64,000 nt of DNA from assembly GCA_937930825.1 (NCBI GenBank), contig CALHBL010000147.1, positions 964 to 64,963 on the forward strand, given 5' to 3'. The notes under the pieces were generated by a model. It made no database searches and was not told where the DNA came from. It saw only the letters and a list, made by a program, of their open reading frames with translations. This DNA comes from an uncultured Bacteriovoracaceae bacterium. GTDB taxonomy: Bacteria > Bdellovibrionota > Bacteriovoracia > Bacteriovoracales > Bacteriovoracaceae. Below, piece by piece: positions 28,447 to 36,430 of the stretch. The translations under genes were made by a program, and so were the position numbers. Numbering within the stretch: position 1 is the first letter of the stretch; the number at the start of each line of letters is the position of its first letter.

Positions 28447-28854
28447 TTAATGAAAAACTTTTTGCTCTAATTTCTTAGCTTGAGAAATGAAGTTCGTTAC
28501 TTTTTCTACATTAGGAACGACTTTAGTAAGTTTCTTTTCTTCATTCTTTTCAGTTAATGCAACATGAAGGTTAGCCGGGTTTCTTGTGCCCAACTCTTTT
28601 ACTGTATCAACACCTGAAGCTTTTAATAGCTCAGCGAATTGTCCAGCAACTCCATTTATTCTAAATAGATCGGCCATATTAACCCAATCTAAAATAAGTT
28701 TTTCTGAAAGACCTGATGCTGTTGAAATTTCAGCTCTTCCTTTCTTTTGAGATCCTTTTTCTAGTAAGGACTCAACTGTTTTGATTCCTGCTGCAGCAAG
28801 CTTTTCACCATACGATGGACCGATACCCTCTATGCTTGAAATTGACTTAGACAT
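28447..28854 (-). CDS. DUF4332 (helix-hairpin-helix) domain protein
   Basis: SIEGIGPSYGEKLAAAGIKTVESLL plus a second HhH-like repeat (GVDTVKELG), typical of DUF4332. Confidence 0.7.
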   Translation of the reverse strand: MSKSISSIEGIGPSYGEKLAAAGIKTVESLLEKGSQKKGRAEISTASGLSEKLILDWVNMADLFRINGVAGQFAELLKASGVDTVKELGTRNPANLHVALTEKNEEKKLTKVVPNVEKVTNFISQAKKLEQKVFH

Positions 28855-29035
28855 AAATGCCTCCTTAAGGCTAAGAATTAAAAATAAAATTTATCACACT
28901 TTATCTCTTAAGATCAAAGAATAACCACACCTATTTTTCAAGGGCGTATGTCAAAATTACATGCCAAGGGGTCACTCTTCTTTAACCAATTAATTTAGTC
29001 AGGTTACTTCCTAGATGAACAATATTTACTAAAAA

Positions 29036-30493
29036 TTAACGTCTTTTAATTGAGCCCATAACTCCACGTATAATCTGCCTCCCAAGCTGTGAGCCAATTG
29101 CCCGAAGCATTGACTTAAAAAAAGCCTCTACAGGGCCCTGTCTACTAGACTTCTTCTTCTTTGCTTTCTCTTCAAGTTTTTGAGCTTCTTCGCTTTCAGT
29201 CTCTTCTAATTCTTTTTTCTTACGCACTTTCAATATTTCGAAAGCTGACTCTCTATCAACAGGCTCTTTATATTTATCAAGAAAAGGAGAATTATTTATG
29301 GCATCTTTAACTAAATTTTCATCTGCAGGACCAAATTTCGAAATTGGTGGGCAATTCAGAACTCGTTCTAATACAGTAGGTGCACCATCAGCATCTAAGA
29401 ATGAGACTAAGCTTTCACCAACCTTTAGTTCTCCAACAACATCTTTGAACTCAAAATCAGGGTTGACTCTAAAGCCAGAAGATAAAGCTCTTATTGCCTT
29501 TCTATCTTTTTCAGTAAACGACCTTAGACCATGAATGATTTTATTTCCAAGTTGTGACAGAACAGAGCTTGGAATATCCACAGGGTTTTGAGTAACAAAG
29601 TAAACCCCCACTCCTTTTGAGCGAATAAGCTTCACAACCATTTCTATTTTTTCCAAGAGAGATTTTGAAATATCTTTAAATAAGAGGTGAGCCTCATCAA
29701 AGAATAAAACCATTTTGGGTTTATCTAAATCTCCTGACTCTGGAAGCTCTTCAAATAGTTCAGATAAGAACCATAGGAGGAATGTACCGTAAAGCCTTTG
29801 ATCAAGCATAAGTTTTCTTGCGTCCAATATATTTATGATCCCATTTCCCGAAAAATCTTTTTTTAGCAGATCCTTTATCTCTAATGCAGGCTCAGTGAAA
29901 AATTCTTCTCCACCAGACTCTTCAAGAGCAGTGAGTCTTCTAACGATTGCCCCTACACTTGATTTAGCAATATTTCCATACTCCTCTAAGTCTTCATCAT
30001 CAGAGTCTTCCATATAAATAAGTATCGATTTTAAATCTTTTATATCGAGAAGAAGCAGGCCTTCTTCATCTGCATATTTAAAGGCAAGTGAGATTAAGTC
30101 CTCTTGATTGGCGTTTAAATCTAAAAGCTTTGAAATAAGCACAGGACCCATTTCAGAAATAGTAGTTCTTACAGGATGCCCGTGTTCACCATAGAGATCC
30201 CAAAACACTGTAGCTAATTTTTCAAATTTAAAATCTTTTAAACCGATGTAATCAACTCTCTTTGTTACCTCTGCATGTTCACTTCCTTTTGAAATAAAAC
30301 CCGATAGGTCTCCCTTAACGTCTGTTAAAAATACTGGAGTTCCAGCTTTAGCAAATTGCTCAGCCATCACTTTAAGTGTTACAGTCTTTCCAGTACCAGT
30401 TGCACCCGCAATCAATCCATGCCTATTTGCCATTTTCAATAGCAGTGAAGATTGCTCTTTATTTTTATTTGCACCAATGGTAATTCTATCCAT
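29036..30493 (-). CDS. HerA-like / DUF853 (YjgR-type) P-loop ATPase
   Basis: ANRHGLIAGATGTGKTVT Walker A and VLFFDEAHLLF Walker B. Start set at ATG 30493, which has an AAGGA SD; the longer ORF extension lacks support. Confidence 0.8.
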   Translation of the reverse strand: MDRITIGANKNKEQSSLLLKMANRHGLIAGATGTGKTVTLKVMAEQFAKAGTPVFLTDVKGDLSGFISKGSEHAEVTKRVDYIGLKDFKFEKLATVFWDLYGEHGHPVRTTISEMGPVLISKLLDLNANQEDLISLAFKYADEEGLLLLDIKDLKSILIYMEDSDDEDLEEYGNIAKSSVGAIVRRLTALEESGGEEFFTEPALEIKDLLKKDFSGNGIINILDARKLMLDQRLYGTFLLWFLSELFEELPESGDLDKPKMVLFFDEAHLLFKDISKSLLEKIEMVVKLIRSKGVGVYFVTQNPVDIPSSVLSQLGNKIIHGLRSFTEKDRKAIRALSSGFRVNPDFEFKDVVGELKVGESLVSFLDADGAPTVLERVLNCPPISKFGPADENLVKDAINNSPFLDKYKEPVDRESAFEILKVRKKKELEETESEEAQKLEEKAKKKKSSRQGPVEAFFKSMLRAIGSQLGRQIIRGVMGSIKRR

Positions 30494-30517
30494 CTTTTTT
30501 TCCTTAATTGAGGTCTT

Positions 30518-30910
30518 ATGAAATATAAAAAAATTATTGCTGTTCTTATTGTCACCATTTGCGGATTCATTACTAAGAATCAAACAAAGCAGCCTAATTC
30601 TAAAAAGAATCCAGTACAAAAGCAAAGATCCTTCAATAAAAACAGGGGTTATACACTAACAAGGCACGCAAAATGCAGAATGGACTGCCGGAATATTGAT
30701 GACCAGGATATTCGTGACATCCTCAAGAACGGTAAGAATAACTACAAGAAGTCTGAGCCTAATAAGAAGCCATGTCCAATAAAGGCGCTGGAGGGTTACG
30801 CCTCTAAGGACAAACAGCATATCAGAGTTATTGCTGCGACATGCCCTAATAAAACTAAGATTATAACTGTAATTGATTTAAAGAGAAATTACGATTGCTA
30901 CTGTAAATAG
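30518..30910 (+). CDS. DUF4258-domain protein with an N-terminal signal/lipoprotein-like peptide
   Basis: TRHAKCRMDCRNIDDQDIRDILKNG matches the DUF4258 signature (HAxxRMxxRxI). N-terminal hydrophobic segment IAVLIVTICG. Confidence 0.6.
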   Translation: MKYKKIIAVLIVTICGFITKNQTKQPNSKKNPVQKQRSFNKNRGYTLTRHAKCRMDCRNIDDQDIRDILKNGKNNYKKSEPNKKPCPIKALEGYASKDKQHIRVIAATCPNKTKIITVIDLKRNYDCYCK

Positions 30911-30942
30911 CAATCATAATGAGGATCCATTTTAGAAGTAAA

Positions 30943-31845
30943 TTATTTATGGAGGAATAACCCCAGTCTCTTTCTAAAAGCTATTACAAAAATAGTAGCT
31001 ATTAAAATAATTAAGCCCTTTTTAGATCCTGGAGTTTTAAGGTTCTCTTTTTCAAAAAGTAGAAAAGCTTTATTGTACTTAGGTGTTTGATCCTGTTTGA
31101 TATCTGAAAATTTCACAAGTAAATCTGACTTAATCTTACTAGCTATTTCTTCAAGAGATTTTCTTTGTTCTACAGTTGATCCGGTATAGAGGTTTTCATC
31201 TACCTCTATTTCCATCTCATAGAATTTTTTCTTTTTACCTCTTTTCATGACCTCAACTTCATCTAAAGTTAGAGTTAAAAATGGCATTTTATCTTTTTTG
31301 AAATAAACTCTTCTTCTCATCTGAGTTAGATTAATAACACTTCGAAAGTCCAGGGGCTCATATCCTATTCCCTTTAAGAATTTCATAAGGGATTGCTGGT
31401 CAGTAGGAAAGAGGTGAGAAAATAATTCATGTTGATTTAAAAATGAGTCTTGAACCAAAGGTTCCATCGCATCATACTTTACTTCACTTCTTACAATTGA
31501 CTCCTTATTTTGAGAAGATAACTTTACCTGGATAAGTCGTCTTCCATTCTTAGGGTGATGGGGCTCATCAGGGAAAAATCTCTGCCTATAACGAAGGCCA
31601 TGTTCATTGCGATAAAAGTCAGCATTCGAATTATCAAAATACTCATCAACAAATTTTTCTGTTGAAAAACTTGTTTCGACATTGCCTTTTAGACTTTGGA
31701 TATATTTCGAATTATTTTTAAATATTAATTCAAAGTAGTTCCATACTTTCTTATACGTTTCGGGAGGAATATCAAGTTTAAGCTCGCTTTCCTTACGAAG
31801 TGATCCCTCAGCATTGAAGCAGAACACTAAAACACAGAATAACAT
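30943..31845 (-). CDS. CYTH-like (triphosphate tunnel metalloenzyme) domain protein with signal peptide and C-terminal TM anchor
   Basis: ESELKLDI (ExExK) near the N-terminus, LRYRQR, SEVKYD, YEMEIEVDE. Start moved to ATG 31845 because the upstream part of the ORF is R-repeat sequence. Confidence 0.6.
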   Translation of the reverse strand: MLFCVLVFCFNAEGSLRKESELKLDIPPETYKKVWNYFELIFKNNSKYIQSLKGNVETSFSTEKFVDEYFDNSNADFYRNEHGLRYRQRFFPDEPHHPKNGRRLIQVKLSSQNKESIVRSEVKYDAMEPLVQDSFLNQHELFSHLFPTDQQSLMKFLKGIGYEPLDFRSVINLTQMRRRVYFKKDKMPFLTLTLDEVEVMKRGKKKKFYEMEIEVDENLYTGSTVEQRKSLEEIASKIKSDLLVKFSDIKQDQTPKYNKAFLLFEKENLKTPGSKKGLIILIATIFVIAFRKRLGLFLHK

Positions 31846-31847
31846 CG

Positions 31848-31968
31848 TTACCCTGTTTGAGTTTTCAAGTATTGAAAACTCACCAAAAGAGCTGAAAACC
31901 CGACTGGTGCCAAGATTAAAAGCACGCGCAGTTAGGCGTACGGCCTGAACTCCCTTACAGTTGATGTG
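31848..31968 (+). repeat. R-family repeat, copy R2 (inside the CotH-VTC-DUF4956-CYTH gene string)
   Basis: CCCTGTTTGAGTTTTCAAGTATTGAAAACTCACCAAAAG... is collinear with R1 along about 115 nt. Confidence 0.85.
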
Positions 31969-31984
31969 TACATTCTTTATGGCT

Positions 31985-32692
31985 TTATAATTCAATTCTT
32001 TGATCATTATAAAAGATGGTTGCTTTTTCTACCGAAGAGATAGACTGAAGCTCTTTGATAAGGTCAAAGCTTCTATCGTCTTTTTCTGTCGAAATCACAT
32101 AGGTGTAGAGTACACCAGCTTCGGTATTATTATATTCTGAGTGGATTATAGCTGCAGACTCAACATATTTTTGAATTACTGTGTTGATTTTTGAATCAGC
32201 GTCATCATCGTTGCGAGAGTTCACTTTTAATAGTTTATCCACCATAATTTTTTCACCAACACGGAAGTAGTTTAGGCCAAGCATAAGTAAGCTAAAAAGA
32301 ATGCTAAAAGTGGCTCCAACGAGATACATTCCTGTTCCACATGCCATACCAGTGGCCATAGATGCAAAAATATAACCAGTATCTCGACTATCTTTAATAG
32401 CGGTCCTAAAACGAATAATTGAAAGTGCACCAACAAGACTAAATGCTCGAGCGATATTTGACCCTATAATCATCATAACAATAGACACAGTCACGGCCAT
32501 CACAAACATAGTATGACTAAAGACCTGATTATATGTGACTCCCTTGTGTGTCTTCTTGTAAACCATTACCAGAGGAATAATGAAGAGTACTGAAAATATA
32601 AAATTCACAAGAACATCGTAAACTGAGAATACCGATTGGAGGGATGGGTATGAACTTAGTGCTTGATAGAAGTTGTCGAAAAAATTTCCCAC
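31985..32692 (-). CDS. DUF4956 domain membrane protein
   Basis: ALSIIRFRTAIKDSRDTGYIFASMATGMACG signature. The GTG start abuts the VTC gene stop. Confidence 0.75.
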   Translation of the reverse strand: MGNFFDNFYQALSSYPSLQSVFSVYDVLVNFIFSVLFIIPLVMVYKKTHKGVTYNQVFSHTMFVMAVTVSIVMMIIGSNIARAFSLVGALSIIRFRTAIKDSRDTGYIFASMATGMACGTGMYLVGATFSILFSLLMLGLNYFRVGEKIMVDKLLKVNSRNDDDADSKINTVIQKYVESAAIIHSEYNNTEAGVLYTYVISTEKDDRSFDLIKELQSISSVEKATIFYNDQRIEL

Positions 32693-33415
32693 TTACATTC
32701 CTTTTTGTCGTTCAACAATACTACAATTTTCAATACCTTTCCCGTATTTAGAAAAAGAACTTAGATCTAGACTAAACCTTTTTATTAAGTGATTCAACCA
32801 AATTGGTAATGAGTCAGCTGTTTTAATTTCTAAAATATAGTACAAAGGGTTCAGTAACATCTTTTCATTATTAGCTTTTTTAACACTAAATGAAGGCGAA
32901 TAAGCTCCAGTTATAGAACCATCAAATGTAATTCTAAGATCACTATCAAAGCGACATACTAGCGCTTCTCTCTTGTAGCTTATTTTGATAACTGGTTCCA
33001 TTTTCTTTAAATGAAAATTTTGTAATATTGATACTTTCATTTGATTACTATCAAAATCAAGACTACCTATCTCTTCCTTTAAGTTTTTAGTATTTGTTTT
33101 GTAGCGGAGCTTTTTAATAATTGGGCCGCGCTTTTGCTTTAGTTCTAAAAATAGATCTACATTTGCCTGTACTTCCTCATTATAGTTATAAAAACGAATC
33201 CGAAATTTCTCTCTTTCATCTTCTCCATCTACCTTCTGGTAATAATTTTCAAGTGAGTAAGTATCATAGTAAATACTGTGAACATCGTAGGACCTTTCGT
33301 TTTTTTTTGTGAAAGGATCTTTTTGCATGAAAGGCTCTAATGCTTTCCTAAACTCTACATAGTTTTTAAGGCATAAATAATATTTAAGCTCTGTCCTAAA
33401 TATTATCATCGCCAC
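32693..33415 (-). CDS. VTC-domain (polyphosphate polymerase catalytic-like, TTM fold) protein
   Basis: RTELKYYL, FRIRFYN, LELKQKRG and YILEIK strand motifs typical of the VTC/TTM tunnel. Confidence 0.75.
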   Translation of the reverse strand: MAMIIFRTELKYYLCLKNYVEFRKALEPFMQKDPFTKKNERSYDVHSIYYDTYSLENYYQKVDGEDEREKFRIRFYNYNEEVQANVDLFLELKQKRGPIIKKLRYKTNTKNLKEEIGSLDFDSNQMKVSILQNFHLKKMEPVIKISYKREALVCRFDSDLRITFDGSITGAYSPSFSVKKANNEKMLLNPLYYILEIKTADSLPIWLNHLIKRFSLDLSSFSKYGKGIENCSIVERQKGM

Positions 33416-35006
33416 CCCTTATAGTAGTAACTTCACCAGTTACTAATTGCTTAATTCGTACTTCATAGCTCTTTATTTCACTTACGCTTTCAAATAATTT
33501 ATTTTTCTCAATTCTTAGGATTGGTCTTCTTCTTAAATCATCAGACAGGTTCTCATTTAAGAACTCACTATTCCTTTTAAAGTCAGAATAAAACAACTCT
33601 GGGCTTTTAATCTTTTCATTTCCATTTATTAAAATTGATTGTAGCTCAACCACATGATTAGAGTTTATTTTAAGCTTTAATTTATTTTTGATAATAGATG
33701 CATTTATAATATTGTTTTCGTTAGCTATCTCTATCATTTCTAATCTTCTTCTTTTTACTCGTTCTATTAAATTCTTCGTTGACTCAACCCAGCTCTCTGG
33801 TGATATAGAATAGTAATGCCCCATATGCTTGTCCATTAATATATCATTATAGTAACTCTCAATTATATTCAAAAAATATTTTTCAATATAACTAGGTGTT
33901 ATTTCTTTTTCTAAAATTTCCTTTTGTAGCTGATACTTTCTCAGTCTTGTCTCATGATTATAAACTACTGCTGCATAGATAGGGTTATTAGGAACATCAT
34001 AAGAAGAATCTTTGAGAATTACGCCAACATCCCAAGCGATAGGCTCAAACTTTTTAAAGAGTGGGTTATAATATATTCGATGATTGTGAATATAGTCTAT
34101 ATGCCTTGATCCCACTAGCTCAAATAAGATAATATGCTTTAAGCTCTGCTCTATATTTATACTATCTGTTTTAAACTCTTTTAAATCAGACAATAAGTTA
34201 TCTAGCTTCTTTCTATCTCCCTTCTTCACTCCAGCTGGCCTAGATTTCTGCCTCCAATATATTGAGTTAAAGAAGCCCTTTCTATCGCCAGAAAGATCCA
34301 GGAAGTAAATATCATCTACTGGTAATTTCTTTTTTTCGAGAAAGAATTTATCAAACTGTTCTATCTCATGATAAAAACCTGTGTACTTATTATTTATATA
34401 AAGATGAATGTTTCGATGATAGGGAGAGAGCAACCCTATTTCACTCGAAGTATCGTATACGAAGTTATCTATAAAATAATCTTCTCTTTTTATATTTATT
34501 AAAGAAGCGTACTTCCAACCTCTAATCTTCTTATCACCGCCAACCTTAATCCACACTGACTTCTTAGGACCAGCGTAATGAAAATAGCTTGAACCTCTTA
34601 ACTTAAGCTTAATCTGTCTTCGCCCAGCAGTCTCATCCAAGTAGCCACTAATCCATTCTTGCCCAGACCGTGGCCGAAGAATAGGATTCATCTTATCAAA
34701 GCCTGGCTCAGGTGTAGTAATTCGACTCCAATCACTTGGGTTCGTTGTAATCTTATAGGATGGTGCTTTTAGCTTTAAGTTATGATTTACTGGGTCTCGA
34801 AGTACTCTGATCAATGGAGCGATTAGCTTACCATATAAGAAATTTCCATAAACAACTCTTCGAAATGGCTCAGGGGCCATAAATTTATAAAATAATGTTA
34901 AAAAGATTACTAGAAATAAGACAAGATAAATTAACTTATCTTTCAATCTCTTTACAAGTGCTACTCTTCGATTAAAATATCTTTCTCGCATAAGCCCATA
35001 TACCAT
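33396..35006 (-). CDS. CotH-family atypical protein kinase-like protein with an N-terminal TM
   Basis: 536 aa. LYINNKYTGFYHEIEQFDKFF and IDYIHNHRIYYNP resemble CotH core motifs. The CotH/VTC/DUF4956 neighbourhood is a recurrent one. Confidence 0.65.
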   Translation of the reverse strand: MVYGLMRERYFNRRVALVKRLKDKLIYLVLFLVIFLTLFYKFMAPEPFRRVVYGNFLYGKLIAPLIRVLRDPVNHNLKLKAPSYKITTNPSDWSRITTPEPGFDKMNPILRPRSGQEWISGYLDETAGRRQIKLKLRGSSYFHYAGPKKSVWIKVGGDKKIRGWKYASLINIKREDYFIDNFVYDTSSEIGLLSPYHRNIHLYINNKYTGFYHEIEQFDKFFLEKKKLPVDDIYFLDLSGDRKGFFNSIYWRQKSRPAGVKKGDRKKLDNLLSDLKEFKTDSINIEQSLKHIILFELVGSRHIDYIHNHRIYYNPLFKKFEPIAWDVGVILKDSSYDVPNNPIYAAVVYNHETRLRKYQLQKEILEKEITPSYIEKYFLNIIESYYNDILMDKHMGHYYSISPESWVESTKNLIERVKRRRLEMIEIANENNIINASIIKNKLKLKINSNHVVELQSILINGNEKIKSPELFYSDFKRNSEFLNENLSDDLRRRPILRIEKNKLFESVSEIKSYEVRIKQLVTGEVTTIRGGDDNI

Positions 35007-35036
35007 TATTCAAAATTTTAGTATACTATATCGCAT

Positions 35037-35693
35037 ATGAAGAAAGGCTTATACTTTATTTTCATTCTCTCTATTAATATCCAGGCTCATACTTCAAGTT
35101 GCTTCACAAAATTTAAACCAACTGTTTCAGTCAACGTTCAAGATACTTCGAATTACTATAGAAAATTTGTTAGTAAGCATGGACCGTTGGAAACTTTTAG
35201 CAATCTAAAGAAATACTTGAAAAATCTCTGCTCCCCCAAGCACCATAGTAACAACTCAAGTTTTAAACCAAGTGATATGTACTCATTTATTATCACAGAC
35301 CAGTGCAAAGTTATCCTTTCTTTTAATGCACAAAATGGGAAGAAAGTACGGCATGCAGCTCTTGCAAACGAAGAAGTTATTATTGGAGGGGGGGAAATCA
35401 AATGCTTCGGTGAGCGCTTTTCAATTACTAATCGCTCAAATCAATACTGTTTCCCTATACAGCCTATTTCTATACTAGTAGAAGATATGTTAAAGCTCGG
35501 TTATATATCTAGTAATATTCTTATTAAGTTCAAACAGAAGAAAATGTGCGCTATCAAGAAAGGCAAGAGGATTCAGAAGTATAAGAAGATAATCCGAAAA
35601 GACTATATCGATTTTGGCTATAAGAAGAATCAAACCTATCGTGCGAATGAGTTTTTGAACCGCCTTGGACCCAAGTACTCAATCAGGAACTAA
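35037..35693 (+). CDS. Hypothetical secreted protein
   Basis: Signal peptide MKKGLYFIFILSINIQAHT. No domain recognised. Confidence 0.45.
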   Translation: MKKGLYFIFILSINIQAHTSSCFTKFKPTVSVNVQDTSNYYRKFVSKHGPLETFSNLKKYLKNLCSPKHHSNNSSFKPSDMYSFIITDQCKVILSFNAQNGKKVRHAALANEEVIIGGGEIKCFGERFSITNRSNQYCFPIQPISILVEDMLKLGYISSNILIKFKQKKMCAIKKGKRIQKYKKIIRKDYIDFGYKKNQTYRANEFLNRLGPKYSIRN

Positions 35694-35858
35694 ATCACTC
35701 ATATTCAGAATCAATTAATGAATTAAGCTCACAAAACTTTTGTTCCTATTGTTTTGGCTATTACTCACACAGCAGCATTTGACCTTCTCATCTGGTCTTG
35801 AATTAAGCTTATAATCCAGCTAATATTTGCCCTCAGTAAACACTTTTAAGGAGAAATG

Positions 35859-36320
35859 ATGAGTTTATTTAATTTTGTTAAAGGAAAGGGCGAGTCGCTT
35901 TATAACTGGGCAACTGGAGAAACAGCAAATCAAGAGTCTGAAGCGAAGATTACTGAATTTGTTCAAAAGTTTGAACTTCCAGTTAATAATTTTAAGGTTG
36001 ACGTTGACGGTGAAAATGCTTGTGTCACTGGTGTTTGCCCAACTCAAGCAGTAAGAGAAAAAGTAGTTCTAGCTGTTGGAAATATTAATGGTATTGCTCA
36101 AGTAGATGACAAGCTAACTGTTGAAACACCTGCTGCTGAAGCAAAGTTTTATACTGTAGCAAGTGGAGATACTTTATCTAAAATCGCTAAAGAGTTTTAC
36201 GGAAATCCAATGGAATATAATATGATTTTTGAAGCTAATAAGCCTCTCTTAGCAGACCCGAATAAAATCTATCCAGGTCAAACTCTACGTATTCCGAATA
36301 GCGGACCTACTGTAGCTTAA
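35859..36320 (+). CDS. kbp: BON-LysM potassium-binding protein Kbp/YgaU
   Basis: MSLFNFVKGKGE...VLAVGNINGIAQVDDKL...FYTVASGDTLSKIAKEFYGN...IFEANKPLLADPNKIYPGQTLRIP closely parallels E. coli Kbp. AAGGAG SD. The second ATG was chosen. Confidence 0.9.
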   Translation: MSLFNFVKGKGESLYNWATGETANQESEAKITEFVQKFELPVNNFKVDVDGENACVTGVCPTQAVREKVVLAVGNINGIAQVDDKLTVETPAAEAKFYTVASGDTLSKIAKEFYGNPMEYNMIFEANKPLLADPNKIYPGQTLRIPNSGPTVA

Positions 36321-36333
36321 TTTAATTCTTAAT

Positions 36334-36362
36334 AGGGCCTTTCTGGGCCCTTCTTTTTTTTA
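36334..36362 (+). terminator. Rho-independent terminator of kbp
   Basis: AGGGCC-tttctg-GGCCCT followed by TCTTTTTTTT. Confidence 0.8.
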
Positions 36363-36430
36363 GAATTAAAGAAGGGAAGAGCGAGACCTTAAAAAAACTA
36401 GTAACTTTAAGGTCTCTTCCGTTTTTCTTA

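Noticed and set aside
30494-30625. 44-codon N-terminal extension of the DUF853 ATPase ORF
   Set aside because: The extension is hydrophobic and low-complexity, overlaps the divergent DUF4258 gene, and has no SD. ATG 30493 has an AAGGA SD at proper spacing and matches the usual start of this family just before the Walker A.
31846-32007. 54-codon N-terminal extension of the CYTH ORF
   Set aside because: It is a translation of the R2 repeat and overlaps the end of the DUF4956 gene. ATG 31845 yields a clean signal peptide.
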